This document shows positions 42,706 through 55,431 of a stretch of DNA of 64,000 nucleotides, piece after piece. Origin of the DNA: Actinomycetota bacterium (GTDB taxonomy: Bacteria; Actinomycetota; Actinomycetes; S36-B12). The stretch covers positions 65,659 through 129,658 of the forward strand of contig CANFQC010000001.1 of NCBI GenBank assembly GCA_947449035.1, written 5' to 3'. Under the pieces are notes generated by a model, which saw only the letters and a program-made list of their open reading frames with translations, was not told where the DNA came from and did no database searches. The translations under genes were made by a program, and so were the position numbers. Position 1 is the first letter of the stretch. Each line of letters starts with the position of its first letter.

Positions 42706-43494
42706 ATGAGTACCGCAACCGGCCGAATGCCCGCGCTCTTCCTCGGCCATGGCGCCCCGCCCTTGCTAGATGACAGGCTCTGGACGGCTCAGCTCTCCGC
42801 CTGGGCCGGCGAACTCCCGAAGCCGACGGCGATCCTGATCGTCTCAGCCCACTGGGAGCAGGCCCCGATGACCCTGTCCGCCTCGGGCGCTGCGACCCCG
42901 CTCATTTACGACTTCGGCGGCTTCGATCCGAAGTACTTTCGGGAGACTTACGCCACCCCCGACGCCTCGGAAATCTCGACCCTTGTTACCTCGGTGGTAC
43001 CCGACGGCATGGCTGTCCACCAGCACACCTCCCGAGGTCTTGACCACGGCGCCTGGGTGCCACTCAAGGTGATGTACCCCAAGGCAGATATCCCCGTTCT
43101 CCAATTGTCGATTCCCACCCACGATCCCGCGGCCCTGCTGGACATCGGGCGCCGACTCCAGCCACTGCGCGACGCCGGAGTCCTCATCATCGGATCCGGC
43201 TTCCTCACCCACGGTCTGCCCTACCTTCGCGACTGGAGTACTGATGCCGTGCCGCCCACGTGGTCTGTCGACTTCGACTTGTGGGCCACGGAGGCACTGG
43301 CGCGCGGTGATCTCGACACTTTGATGGACTACCGAAACCAAGCGCCGGGCCTTCCGTACGCGCATCCCACCGTCGAGCACCTTTCACCGCTGTTCGTGGC
43401 GCTCGGAACGGCAAGCGCTCTCGATAGCGCACCATCAGTGACTATCGACGGCTACTTTTATGGCCTGGCGAAACGATCAATTCAGATCGCATAA
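42706..43494 (+). CDS. class III extradiol dioxygenase (4,5-DOPA dioxygenase / YgiD-like, LigB family)
   Basis: MPALFLGHGAP, SAHWE, LDHGAWVPL, GSGFLTH motifs. Confidence 0.85.
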   Translation: MSTATGRMPALFLGHGAPPLLDDRLWTAQLSAWAGELPKPTAILIVSAHWEQAPMTLSASGAATPLIYDFGGFDPKYFRETYATPDASEISTLVTSVVPDGMAVHQHTSRGLDHGAWVPLKVMYPKADIPVLQLSIPTHDPAALLDIGRRLQPLRDAGVLIIGSGFLTHGLPYLRDWSTDAVPPTWSVDFDLWATEALARGDLDTLMDYRNQAPGLPYAHPTVEHLSPLFVALGTASALDSAPSVTIDGYFYGLAKRSIQIA

Positions 43495-43508
43495 AGAAGG
43501 GCACGACT

Positions 43509-44339
43509 TTGGCATCCACTCATGATTTAGAGGATTCACCAGTCGAGCGTTTGCCCAAGAAGGTGTACGAAGACGAGCTGTATCGACTTCAGGCGGAGTT
43601 GGTGAAGCTCCAGGAATGGGTTCGCCTTGAAGGCTTGCGCGTTGTCGTGCTCTTCGAAGGACGCGACGCCGCAGGCAAGGGCTCAGCTATCAAGCGAGTT
43701 GCCGAGTACTTGAACCCGCGTGTTGCACAGATCGTCGCGCTCCCCACCCCGACCGAACGCCAGCGCACGCAGTGGTATTTCCAGCGCTACATCGATCATC
43801 TCCCTGCAGCAGGAGAGATTCGACTGTTCGACCGCTCCTGGTACAACCGCGCTGGCGTTGAACATGTCATGGGTTTCTGCACTCCCGAGGAGTACCGCAG
43901 ATTCCTACAACAGACGCCGATCTTCGAACGCCTTTTGATCGAGGACGGCATCATCCTTCGCAAGTACTGGTTCAGCGTGAGCGATGCTGAACAGGAACGG
44001 CGCTTCAAGTCACGTCTCGAGGATCCAATGAGGCAGTGGAAGCTCTCACCGATGGATCTTGAATCCATCACTCGCTGGGAGGACTACTCGCGCGCCAAGG
44101 ACGAAATGCTCGTACACACCGACATTCCGGAATCACCGTGGTTCGTGGTTGAGGCTGACGATAAGCGACGTGCACGACTCAACATGATTCATCACCTGCT
44201 GTCGACAATTCCGTATGAGCAGGTCATGCGTCCGCCGCTGGAGCTACCGCATCGACCGAAGTCCAGTGGATACGAACGACCACCGAGGGATCTCAATAAC
44301 TACGTGCCCGATTTTGCTGCGAGCCTTCTGAAGGACTGA
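43509..44339 (+). CDS. ppk2: polyphosphate kinase 2
   Basis: VVVLFEGRDAAGKGSAIKRV (Walker A), FDRSWYNRAGVE, lid region RWEDY. TTG start. Confidence 0.9.
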   Translation: MASTHDLEDSPVERLPKKVYEDELYRLQAELVKLQEWVRLEGLRVVVLFEGRDAAGKGSAIKRVAEYLNPRVAQIVALPTPTERQRTQWYFQRYIDHLPAAGEIRLFDRSWYNRAGVEHVMGFCTPEEYRRFLQQTPIFERLLIEDGIILRKYWFSVSDAEQERRFKSRLEDPMRQWKLSPMDLESITRWEDYSRAKDEMLVHTDIPESPWFVVEADDKRRARLNMIHHLLSTIPYEQVMRPPLELPHRPKSSGYERPPRDLNNYVPDFAASLLKD

Positions 44340-44342
44340 GGA

Positions 44343-44546
44343 TCAGAGTTCGCCGCTGCGACCTGGGGCGTGGCTCTCGAGGAGTGCGTACACCTCGCTG
44401 GCGCGGTAACGACGATGACCGCCGAGGGTGCGAATGCTGGCGAGCTTGCCGGCTTTGGCCCAGCGGGTGACTGTCTTGGGGTCGACACGGAACAGGGCAG
44501 CGACTTCTGAAGGGGTGAGCAACTGCTCAGACTCTGGCCCGGCCAT
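44343..44546 (-). CDS. bldC: BldC-family MerR-like DNA-binding developmental regulator
   Basis: LLTPSEVAALFRVDPKTVTRWAKAGKLASIRTLGGHRRYRASEV is almost identical to Streptomyces BldC. ATG at 44546. Confidence 0.9.
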   Translation of the reverse strand: MAGPESEQLLTPSEVAALFRVDPKTVTRWAKAGKLASIRTLGGHRRYRASEVYALLESHAPGRSGEL

Positions 44547-44851
44547 GAGCTTCCTCCCCGCTCGAAAGCGCACCTCTTGTGGCTTCGTGAACCGTCGTAC
44601 TGTCCCACCCAGGTGCAAGCGCGGCAAGCACAATCGACCGAAACATCGCCTTTTTCCACGGTTTGGGACCTATTTTCGGCAGTTCGCGGGCTCGTGTCCG
44701 AAATGTCCGTTCCTATCGTGCCGGACCGGATAGCCGCTGCCTGAGGGTCCAGGTAGACTTCCCACTAATGACGCGCGGCGGCCCCGGGGCCACTGCGCGA
44801 GTTCCGTCCAATACGTACCGGGGCGATGGCCTCGAATAAGGGGGTCGAGCC

Positions 44852-45052
44852 ATGGGGCGCGGCCGGGCCAAGGCGAAGCAGACCAAGGTTGCCCGCGAGC
44901 TTAAGTACGGTGGTCCGCAGACTGATTTCGATCGTCTGCAGGCCGAGCTCGGCGGAGGAAGCAGCTCGTACACCAGCACGACTGTCGACACTGATGATGT
45001 CGACGACGAAGACGATCCCTACGCCAAGTACCTCAACGACGACGAGAAGTAG
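44852..45052 (+). CDS. DUF3073 protein (Rv0810c-like)
   Basis: MGRGRAKAKQTKVARELKY start with an acidic tail. Conserved actinobacterial neighbour of purM. Confidence 0.85.
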   Translation: MGRGRAKAKQTKVARELKYGGPQTDFDRLQAELGGGSSSYTSTTVDTDDVDDEDDPYAKYLNDDEK

Positions 45053-45067
45053 ATTCGGCGCGCGCGG

Positions 45068-46159
45068 CTAGAGCGCGTAGGTGCCGATCAGGCTCGTCGC
45101 TCCACCCTTGCCACCCTTGGCCTCGGCATCGCCATGCTCTCCGTCGCGACGATCACGAATCTCACCGCACACCCATGAAGGCACGCCACGCTCGCTGAGC
45201 ACGCGAAGCGCTTCATCGACTGACGATTCCGGAACGATCGCAATCATTCCCATGCCCATGTTGAACGTGCGCTCAAGTTCGATCTGCTCGACCTTGCCCA
45301 GTGTGCCGATCAGGGTGAACACCGGCTGAGGGGTCCAGCTCGAGCGGTCAATATCGACGGCAAGGTGCTGAGGCAGCACTCGAGCGATGTTGGCGGCTAT
45401 GCCACCACCGGTGATGTGGCTCATCGCATGCACCTCGACTGCATCGGCAAGTGCCAGGCAGTCCTTGGCATAGATGCGGGTCGGGATGATGAGCTCCTCG
45501 CCCACCGTGTGACCGAGCTCGTCGATCGTGGCCGACAGACCAGGGCCGCCATCGCCGAGCAATACGTAGCGCGCAAGCGAGTATCCGTTGGAGTGCAAGC
45601 CCGATGACTTCATGGCGATCACGACGTCGCCGGCGCGCACAAGATCAGCACCCAGCAGGCGATCAGCTTCGACGACGCCTGTACCGGCGCCGGCCATGTC
45701 GTACTCATGCGGGCCAAGAAGTCCGGGGTGCTCGGCGGTCTCGCCGCCGAGCAGTGCGCAGCCTGCCTGGCGGCAGCCTTCAGCGATACCCGCCACGATG
45801 TTGGCGATGCGCTCGGGAACGACAGAGCCAGTGGCGATGTAGTCGGTAAGGAAGAGCGGCTCTGCGCCGCAGACGACGAGATCGTCGACGATCATCGCGA
45901 CCAAGTCGATGCCGACGGTGTTGTGAATGTCGAGTGCCTGAGCAACAGCGACCTTGGTACCGACACCGTCAGTTGAGGTAGCGAGAAGTGGCTTGCGGTA
46001 CTTGGTGAGAGCGGAGGCATCGAAGAGACCGGCGAATCCGCCGAAACTTCCGACAGTCTCGGGGCGCTGGGCAGCGGCGACCGAGGCGCGCATCAGGGCT
46101 ACCGCGCGCTCACCTGCTTCGACGTCGACACCAGCAGCTGCGTACGAGGCGCCGCTCAT
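45068..46159 (-). CDS. purM: phosphoribosylformylglycinamidine cyclo-ligase (AIR synthetase)
   Basis: YAAAGVDVEAG, GGFAGLF, TDGVGTK, DLVAMIVDD motifs. Confidence 0.95.
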   Translation of the reverse strand: MSGASYAAAGVDVEAGERAVALMRASVAAAQRPETVGSFGGFAGLFDASALTKYRKPLLATSTDGVGTKVAVAQALDIHNTVGIDLVAMIVDDLVVCGAEPLFLTDYIATGSVVPERIANIVAGIAEGCRQAGCALLGGETAEHPGLLGPHEYDMAGAGTGVVEADRLLGADLVRAGDVVIAMKSSGLHSNGYSLARYVLLGDGGPGLSATIDELGHTVGEELIIPTRIYAKDCLALADAVEVHAMSHITGGGIAANIARVLPQHLAVDIDRSSWTPQPVFTLIGTLGKVEQIELERTFNMGMGMIAIVPESSVDEALRVLSERGVPSWVCGEIRDRRDGEHGDAEAKGGKGGATSLIGTYAL

Positions 46160-47700
46160 GGGCGATCCAGGGCATCGAGTGCACCACCGGCGATGGTGTT
46201 CGCGACGCCCTCGGCATCAACGACGCGGCGCTCGATACCGTCAAGAACCTGCTTGCCTACTGCCTGCTGGGCTTCCGGAATCTGCACCGGGTAAATACCG
46301 TCGAAGCAGGCACGGCAAAGATTGTCCTTGGGGATGGTCGTGGTCTTAATCAGCATGTCGAGATCGACGTAGCCGAGTGAGTCAGCCCCGATCGAGGTAC
46401 AGATCTCGTCGATGGTCAGGCCATTGGCGACGAGCTCAGCTCGAGTGGCGAAGTCAATGCCGTAGAAGCACGGCCACTTCACGGGCGGACTGCTGATTCG
46501 GACGTGAACTTCCTTCGCCCCGGCCTCACGAAGCATCCGCACGAGTGCACGCTGCGTGTTACCGCGCACAATCGAGTCGTCGACAACAACGAGACGCTGA
46601 CCAGAGATGACCTCGCGCAGCGGATTCAACTTGAGGCGAATGCCGAGCTGACGAATGGTCTGCGACGGTTGGATGAAGGTACGACCCACGTAGGCGTTCT
46701 TCACCAAACCCTCGGCGAACGGGATGCCCGACTCTTGCGCGTAGCCGATAGCGGCGTAGCGACCGGACTCAGGGACGGGGATGACGAGGTCGGCTTCGAC
46801 CGGATGCTCGCGAGCGAGCTCACGACCGATCTCGACTCGCGAAACCTGAACGCTGCGGCCGGCGATAGAGGTGTCAGGGCGGGCCAGGTACACGTACTCG
46901 AAGAGACAGCCCTTGGGCTTTGCCTCGGCAAAGCGCTGGGAGCGCAGGCCGTGCTCGTCAATGCAGATGAGCTCCCCCGGCTCGACTTCACGGACGAAAG
47001 CGGCACCGACGATGTCGAGGGCTGCTGTCTCGCTGGCAATGACCCAACCACGTTCGAGACGACCGAGCACCAGCGGACGAATGCCCTGCGGGTCACGCGC
47101 ACCGTAGAGAGCATCGTCGTCCATGAATACGAGCGAGAATGCGCCGCGCACATTCGGAAGTTCGAGCATCGCTGCAGCCTCGATGCTGAGATCTGGGTGC
47201 ACAGCAAGGAGCGCAGTGAGTACGTCCGTGTCGTTAGTCGCCACGGCTTCACCCAGAGGGAGTTCACCGGAACTGGTGGCCAGGCTCGCCAGGCGAGCGG
47301 CGAGCTCCCGGGTATTGGTGATGTTGCCGTTGTGTCCGAGCGCAAGATGGCCGGTCGCGGTGGAGCGAAGAATCGGCTGCGCGTTCTCCCAGACGCTGGC
47401 GCCTGTGGTCGAGTAGCGCGTGTGACCGATGGCCACGTGACCCTTCAGTGACTCAAGGCTCGCCTCGGTGAACACCTGTGAGACCAGGCCCATGTCCTTG
47501 TAGACGAGGATGTGGCTTCCGTCGCTGACCGCGATTCCGGCCGATTCCTGGCCGCGATGCTGAAGTGCATACAGGCCGAAGTACGTGAGTTTGGCAACCT
47601 CGTCGCCGGGAGCCCAGACCCCGAATACGCCACAGGCGTCCTGGGGGCCCTTATCGCCGGCAAGGAGATCATGGTTCAGAAGTCCATCGCCTCGCGCCAC
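46156..47700 (-). CDS. purF: amidophosphoribosyltransferase
   Basis: Propeptide then CGVFGV, RGQESAGI, PRPP loop VVVDDSIVRGNT, C-terminal Cys cluster. Confidence 0.95.
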   Translation of the reverse strand: MARGDGLLNHDLLAGDKGPQDACGVFGVWAPGDEVAKLTYFGLYALQHRGQESAGIAVSDGSHILVYKDMGLVSQVFTEASLESLKGHVAIGHTRYSTTGASVWENAQPILRSTATGHLALGHNGNITNTRELAARLASLATSSGELPLGEAVATNDTDVLTALLAVHPDLSIEAAAMLELPNVRGAFSLVFMDDDALYGARDPQGIRPLVLGRLERGWVIASETAALDIVGAAFVREVEPGELICIDEHGLRSQRFAEAKPKGCLFEYVYLARPDTSIAGRSVQVSRVEIGRELAREHPVEADLVIPVPESGRYAAIGYAQESGIPFAEGLVKNAYVGRTFIQPSQTIRQLGIRLKLNPLREVISGQRLVVVDDSIVRGNTQRALVRMLREAGAKEVHVRISSPPVKWPCFYGIDFATRAELVANGLTIDEICTSIGADSLGYVDLDMLIKTTTIPKDNLCRACFDGIYPVQIPEAQQAVGKQVLDGIERRVVDAEGVANTIAGGALDALDRP

Positions 47701-47721
47701 GGCTTAAGGATACGGGATAGA

Positions 47722-48528
47722 TCAGATGACTCCGCCAGCACGCTCGTCATCGCTGCCGAACTTTTGTGCCACGTAGATCGGAATGATGCTGAAGAGCACC
47801 AGGGCCGCCGCCACCACGTTGACAATCGGAGCCTGGTTGGGTCGGAACAGGTTCTGGTAGATCCAGATCGGCAGGGTCGTAATGCCTGGTCCGGCCGTGA
47901 ATGTGGTCACGATGATCTCGTCGAATGAGAGTCCGAATGCGAGGATCCCGCCGGCCAGGATCGCCGATTTCATGAGCGGGAAGGTGACCAGTCTGAAGGT
48001 GGTCCAACCCCCAGCGCCGAGATCCGACGAGGCCTCCTCAACACTTCCGCCCATCCGGCGAAGTCGGGCCAGCACATTGTTGTAGACCACGACCATGCAG
48101 AAGGTCGCATGTGCGACAACAAGGGTGAGGAAGGTAAGACCGCCCAGATACGAGGTGAAGACATTGTTGAGCGCGATGCCCGTGACGATGCCGGGAAGAG
48201 CGATTGGCAGCACGATGAGCAATGAGATCGACTCACGACCAAAGAAGCGGTAGCGGGCGATGGCTAAGGAGATCAGCAGCCCGAGCACGAGTGCGATCGC
48301 TGTCGCGCACAAAGCGACGATCACGCTTGTAAGAAGTGCGCTGCGCACACCCTCGTTGTCGAGAGCCCTGCCCCACCACTCGGTGGTAAAACCGGTCGGA
48401 GGCCAGGTCAGCGACTTATTCGTGCTGAATGAGTTGATCAGGATGATTCCGAGCGGCACGTAGATGAACGCACCGGCGATCAGGGCGAATATCCCGAGCA
48501 GGATCTTTGTTCCGCGGGAAAGTGTCAT
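47722..48528 (-). CDS. ABC transporter permease (PotC/PotI-like)
   Basis: 6 TM with an EAA loop (EEASSDLGAGGWTTFRLVTFPL). Confidence 0.85.
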   Translation of the reverse strand: MTLSRGTKILLGIFALIAGAFIYVPLGIILINSFSTNKSLTWPPTGFTTEWWGRALDNEGVRSALLTSVIVALCATAIALVLGLLISLAIARYRFFGRESISLLIVLPIALPGIVTGIALNNVFTSYLGGLTFLTLVVAHATFCMVVVYNNVLARLRRMGGSVEEASSDLGAGGWTTFRLVTFPLMKSAILAGGILAFGLSFDEIIVTTFTAGPGITTLPIWIYQNLFRPNQAPIVNVVAAALVLFSIIPIYVAQKFGSDDERAGGVI

Positions 48529-48530
48529 GG

Positions 48531-49400
48531 CTACACGTTCTCCAGTGCACCGGTCTTACGCACGGCGAGCAAGTACAACAAGATGATGATCACGGGCAGG
48601 GTCGCTACTGCCGCGGCAAAGGGAAGATTCGTGACGTAGGTCTGCTGCACGACATTTCCGAGCATCGTCACCTTGCCGCCCACGATCTGCGCGGTGATGT
48701 AGTCACCGAGGCTGAGCGAGAACGTGAAGATCGAACCGGCCACCACCGACGGGAAGATCAGCGGGATCACGATGCTTCGGAAGGTGCGACCTGAATGCGC
48801 GCCGAGGTCAGCGGACGCATCGAGCATCGAGTCCGGAAGACGAGTGAGCCCTGCATAGACGGGCAGGATCATGTACGGAAGCCACAGATACGTCAGCGTG
48901 ATCACGATGCCCAGATATCCGTAGCCGGGGCCACCCAAGCCCAGGGGCTTGAGGAACCAGGCGATGACGCCGGTATCCGGCTGCAGCATCGACCGCCAGG
49001 CGTACACCTTCACGAGGTACGACGCCCAGAGCGGGGTGAGCACGAGTGCCACCATCACCGGGCGCCAGCTTCGCGGGGCAACGCGAGCCATGAAAAAGGC
49101 GAGCGGCACTGCAATCACCAAGCACAGGACCGTCACGAGCACCGCGATGGAGATCGTGCGGAAGACCGACTGGTAGTAGGCGGAGGTCGTGAAGAGATTC
49201 TGGAAGTTCTTCAGGCTGAAGGAGCGAACGACCTGACCGGTGAAGTCATCGACTTGATAGAAGGCCGTGAGAAAAAGTGCGGCCAGTGAACCCAGATAGA
49301 CCACGACCAACCACGCCATCGGGGCGGTAAGCAGGCCGCCCTGGCGAAGCCCGGGATGCCTGTACCAAAAGCCCCGATGGGTGGCGGTCGTGGTCGTCAC
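48531..49400 (-). CDS. ABC transporter permease (PotB/PotH-like)
   Basis: EAA loop LDASADLGAHSGRTFRSIVIPL. Confidence 0.85.
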   Translation of the reverse strand: MTTTTATHRGFWYRHPGLRQGGLLTAPMAWLVVVYLGSLAALFLTAFYQVDDFTGQVVRSFSLKNFQNLFTTSAYYQSVFRTISIAVLVTVLCLVIAVPLAFFMARVAPRSWRPVMVALVLTPLWASYLVKVYAWRSMLQPDTGVIAWFLKPLGLGGPGYGYLGIVITLTYLWLPYMILPVYAGLTRLPDSMLDASADLGAHSGRTFRSIVIPLIFPSVVAGSIFTFSLSLGDYITAQIVGGKVTMLGNVVQQTYVTNLPFAAAVATLPVIIILLYLLAVRKTGALENV

Positions 49401-49425
49401 TGAGTTCTTCCTTCGCTACGCAGCG

Positions 49426-50652
49426 CTAGCTACGCAGTGCAGTCCAGGCAGTGCCCCACTCGCTGTAGGGAATGCACTGCACATCGGTACGACCATCCAG
49501 GCACGCAGTGGTCGGGGTGTTCCAGTAGTAGACGTCCTTCCAGTACTCGGTATCACCTGCGTGGTACGAAGTGCAGAAGTTCTTGTCAGTGGTGAGATCG
49601 CATGCCTTGGCATTCGACGGAGCCTCACCGAACCACTCGGCAACCTGTGCGTTCACCGACGGTGAGGCGATGTAATCGACCCACTTGTAGGCGCAGTTGA
49701 TGTTCGCGCTGTCCTTGGCGATCATCCAGGTGTCCGACCAACCGGTTGCACCTTCCTTGGCCTTGGCAGCAGCCACATGGCCGCCGTCTGCCTCCGCAAG
49801 GTTCGCGATGACCTGCCATGACGTACCGACAGCCGTTGAACCGGACTCGAAAGCCTGGGTGGCCTTGGTGTAGTCAGACCAGTACTCGCCGATCAGTTCC
49901 TTCTGCTGAGTGAGCAGCGCGATTGCGGCATCGAACTGAGTCTTGTCGAGTGCGTAGGGATCCTTGATGCCGAGCTCAGGCTGCGTTGCCATCAGATAAA
50001 CCGCAGCATCAGCGATGAAGATCGGTGAGTCGTACGCGGTGACAGCACCCTTGTATGGCGATTTCGGATCGAAGGTCACGGCCCATGAATCGAGTGGCGT
50101 GGTGACCTTGTCGGTGTTCCACATGATCAGGTTCGCACCGCGACCATGCGGGATGCCGTATGCGACACCGTCGACACTGTTGAACTTCTGCATCTTCAGG
50201 TCGGGGAAGATGTCGGCGTAGCTCGGCACCAGATCGGTGTTCACTGGCTGCACGAGATCGCCGTAGATCAGGCGCAGGGTTGCGTCGCCAGATGCTGACA
50301 CGACATCCCAGCCGCCGCCCTGCATGAGCTTCACGGCCTCGTCAGAGGTTCCGAAGGTCTTCAGGTTGACCTGGCAACCGGTTTCCTTCTCGAATGGGGT
50401 GACCCAGTCGACGGCGGGATCGGTCGAACCGTCCTCGACGTATCCGGGCCACGCCAAGATGTTGACCTGGCCTTCGCCCATTCCCACCGGGCCTGCGAAC
50501 GCAGATCCACCAGGGGTCTCGGCTGCTGCGCCCCCCGACGCTGCCGCACTGCTGCCGCTCGAGCTGCTGCCCGAACTGCCACCGCAGGCAGCAACGAGCA
50601 GCATTGCGCTCGCACTTACCGCGGCGACCTTGAGTAGACGCTTTGCGTGCAT
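49426..50652 (-). CDS. ABC substrate-binding lipoprotein (PotD/PotF-like, probable polyamine-type ligand)
   Basis: Lipobox LLVAACGG, Ser/Gly linker, PBP2 fold pattern of spermidine/putrescine binders. The ligand cannot be fixed from sequence. Confidence 0.75.
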   Translation of the reverse strand: MHAKRLLKVAAVSASAMLLVAACGGSSGSSSSGSSAAASGGAAAETPGGSAFAGPVGMGEGQVNILAWPGYVEDGSTDPAVDWVTPFEKETGCQVNLKTFGTSDEAVKLMQGGGWDVVSASGDATLRLIYGDLVQPVNTDLVPSYADIFPDLKMQKFNSVDGVAYGIPHGRGANLIMWNTDKVTTPLDSWAVTFDPKSPYKGAVTAYDSPIFIADAAVYLMATQPELGIKDPYALDKTQFDAAIALLTQQKELIGEYWSDYTKATQAFESGSTAVGTSWQVIANLAEADGGHVAAAKAKEGATGWSDTWMIAKDSANINCAYKWVDYIASPSVNAQVAEWFGEAPSNAKACDLTTDKNFCTSYHAGDTEYWKDVYYWNTPTTACLDGRTDVQCIPYSEWGTAWTALRS

Positions 50653-50694
50653 CTTCGCCTCCTTACTTCGATGGGTAATCGTCCGGTTGGACGA

Positions 50695-51717
50695 CTAATT
50701 CACTGAGTACTCGTGCTCCGTGTTCCAGAGCAGGGTGACGTGTTCACCGCGCATCGACAGTCGCTCATCTGCGTGACGACCAGAGTTCTGCTCGACTGCG
50801 ACGAGGGTGCCTCCCGGCGCAAGGTCAATGACCATGCGCGTCGACATACCGACATAGATCACTTCGCGGACGGTGCCGGCAACAGCACGCTCGCCAGACG
50901 AGGCGGGTGTGCCGGCCGCGGAAATGCGAATCTTCTCGGGGCGGATCGACCACGTACCTGCGTTGCCGAGAACTGCGCGAGCAGTTTCGTCACGCAAAAG
51001 ATTCGAGGTGCCCACGAAGCCTGCGACGAACTCCGATGCTGGGAACTCGTAGATCTCGGCGGGCGTACCGAGCTGCACGATGCGACCCTCATTGAAGACC
51101 GCGATTCGATCCGACATCGTCAGGGCTTCATCCTGATCATGCGTAACGAAGACGAACGTGATGCCGACATCGCGCTGGATCGCCTTCAGCTCGACCTGCA
51201 TCTGCTCGCGCAGCTTGAGATCGAGTGCGCCAAGCGGCTCGTCGAGAAGCAGCACCTTAGGGCGATTGACGAGCGCACGAGCCAGGGCAACGCGCTGACG
51301 CTGGCCGCCCGAGAGCTGGGAGGGGGCACGATCGCCGAGATCGGCGAGGCGCACGCCTTCGAGCGCTTCCATCGCACGTGCACGACGTTCTGCCTTCGGG
51401 ACCTTCTTGACGCGCAGGCCGTACTCGATGTTCTCCAGCACGCTCATGTGTGGGAAAAGTGCGTAGTCCTGGAAGACGGTGTTCACGTCGCGGGCATACG
51501 GCGGCGCGCTCGTCACGTCGACGCCGTCAAGTTCGATTGTGCCCGCGTCGGGCCGCTCGAACCCGGCGATCATGCGCAGCACCGTGGTCTTGCCCGAGCC
51601 TGACGGGCCGAGCAGGGTCAAGAACTCTCCGTCGATGACATCAAGGTCAACGCCATCGACAGCCACGACGGTGCCGAAGGTGCGACGTAGGTCACGCACG
51701 CGAATTGCTGTATTCAC
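50695..51717 (-). CDS. ABC transporter ATP-binding protein (PotA/PotG-like)
   Basis: GPSGSGKTT, LSGGQRQRVALAR, LLLDEP, C-terminal TOBE-like domain. Confidence 0.9.
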   Translation of the reverse strand: MNTAIRVRDLRRTFGTVVAVDGVDLDVIDGEFLTLLGPSGSGKTTVLRMIAGFERPDAGTIELDGVDVTSAPPYARDVNTVFQDYALFPHMSVLENIEYGLRVKKVPKAERRARAMEALEGVRLADLGDRAPSQLSGGQRQRVALARALVNRPKVLLLDEPLGALDLKLREQMQVELKAIQRDVGITFVFVTHDQDEALTMSDRIAVFNEGRIVQLGTPAEIYEFPASEFVAGFVGTSNLLRDETARAVLGNAGTWSIRPEKIRISAAGTPASSGERAVAGTVREVIYVGMSTRMVIDLAPGGTLVAVEQNSGRHADERLSMRGEHVTLLWNTEHEYSVN

Positions 51718-51822
51718 GGCGTAACCCTAATAAGGGGATGGGAATTCGCACGGCGAGACGTGCAAAAGGAATGAACTCGTAACCTTTCAGAAATCAGGTC
51801 AACGAAATCCGCAGCCCAGTCA

Positions 51823-52164
51823 TCAGAAGAGCGGCAGCCATTCGGAGAGATCAGAGCGCTCACCGCTGGCGAGCACGCGACCGGTCGATACCCCTTGCTG
51901 CCAGGTGAGATCACCGCATGCCAGCGCCAGCCAGGTAGCGGCGTCCATTTCGACCACAGCTGCCGGAGTGCCTCTGCGGTGGGTATGCCCGGCGACAGCC
52001 TGTACGGCGGCGAACGGCGGAATCCGCACTTCCACGCTTCGGCCCGGCGCCTTCTCGACCAGGGCAGCAAGGGCTGCCTTGACCGCCGCCTTGGCTTCGA
52101 GCCGATCAGGGGTATCGCCAACGAGGTAGGCAGCGCGAGCCGCCTGCACCTCGTTGGGGATCAC
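51823..52164 (-). CDS. sterol-carrier(SCP2)-like family protein conserved next to purL
   Basis: GTG at 52164, 1 nt after the purL stop. EMDAATWLALACGDLTWQQGVSTGRVLASGERSDLSEWLPLF matches the actinobacterial sterol-carrier-family pattern. The longer track ORF overlaps purL. Confidence 0.65.
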   Translation of the reverse strand: MIPNEVQAARAAYLVGDTPDRLEAKAAVKAALAALVEKAPGRSVEVRIPPFAAVQAVAGHTHRRGTPAAVVEMDAATWLALACGDLTWQQGVSTGRVLASGERSDLSEWLPLF

Positions 52165-52165
52165 G

Positions 52166-54414
<2,249 letters not shown>

Positions 54415-54415
<1 letters not shown>

Positions 54416-55092
54416 CAGGCGCTCACAAGTGAGGTCAGGACGCTCGTGAAGAACGGGAGCCCTTCAGTGGTCGGGCCGGTCAGCGACTCGACAGCGTGCT
54501 CGGGGTGGGGCATGAGGCCAACAACATTGCCGCGCTCATTGCGAATGCCCGCAATATCGCGAGCACTTCCGTTGGGATTCACATCGAGATAGCGCGCGAC
54601 AACGCGGCCCTCCCCCTCGAGCATGTCGAGCGTGGCCGGATCAGCAAAGTAATTTCCTTCGCCATTCTTCAGCGGCACGACAATCTCTTGGTTCTTGAAG
54701 TAATCGCGGGTCCACATCGAATCAGCGTTCTCGATGCGCAACTTCTGGTCACGGCAGATGAAGTGGCGTGACTCATTGCGCATCAGTGCGCCGGGCAGCA
54801 GGTGCGACTCGACGAGGATCTGGAAACCATTGCAGATACCCAGCACCGGCAGCCCGCCCTTGGCACCGTCGATGATCGAATTCATCACCGGGGCGAAGCG
54901 TGAGATCGCGCCGCAGCGCAGATAGTCGCCGTACGAGAAGCCACCGGGCAGGATCACCGCATCGACACCTTTGATGTCGTCATCGCCATGCCACAGCTCG
55001 ACAGGCTCACCGCCTGCGATACGCACCGCACGTGCCGCATCGCGATCGTCGAGGGTGCCCGGGAAGGTCACGACGCCAATGCGAGCGCTCAC
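54415..55092 (-). CDS. purQ: phosphoribosylformylglycinamidine synthase glutaminase subunit PurQ
   Basis: [27 protein letters not shown] (Cys), MPHPE (His). Confidence 0.95.
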
Positions 55093-55340
55093 GCGTCAGC
55101 CTCGACCGTGAGCGAGTAGTTCTCGATCACCGGGTTCGACAGAAGTTCCTCGGCCAGCTTGTGCATAAGGGCCAGGCGGTCACCGGTGAGATCACCATCG
55201 ACCTGGATCACGAACTGCTTGCCCTGGCGGACGTCAGCGACTCCCGACAGGCCCAGGCGCCCGAGGGCCCCCTGAACAGCTCGCCCCTGGGGGTCGAGGA
55301 TCTCCGGCTTGAGCATGACGTCGACGACGACGCGGGCCAC
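55089..55340 (-). CDS. purS: phosphoribosylformylglycinamidine synthase subunit PurS
   Basis: 83 aa. [14 protein letters not shown] motif; overlaps the purQ start. Confidence 0.9.
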   Translation of the reverse strand: MARVVVDVMLKPEILDPQGRAVQGALGRLGLSGVADVRQGKQFVIQVDGDLTGDRLALMHKLAEELLSNPVIENYSLTVEADA

Positions 55341-55431
55341 GGGCTCTCCATTGCTAGTGCAGGCAGAAGGCTGGGGAAGGGCTCCAGTCTATCGGCGTGC
55401 GAGCACCCCCGAGAACGGCGGCTGTAGGCGT

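Noticed and set aside
44547-44851. 305-nt divergent region between bldC and the DUF3073 gene, including the GGCCCCGGGGCC palindrome, considered as a riboswitch or sRNA.
   Set aside because: I could not match it to any known RNA family by eye. GC-only palindromes of this size are expected by composition. It is left unannotated.
51714-52121. 135-aa ORF in another frame of the SCP-like gene region.
   Set aside because: Its translation is Arg/Pro/Ser-rich. The alternative frame gives the conserved sterol-carrier-family C-terminus (SGERSDLSEWLPLF) and a GTG start abutting the purL stop.
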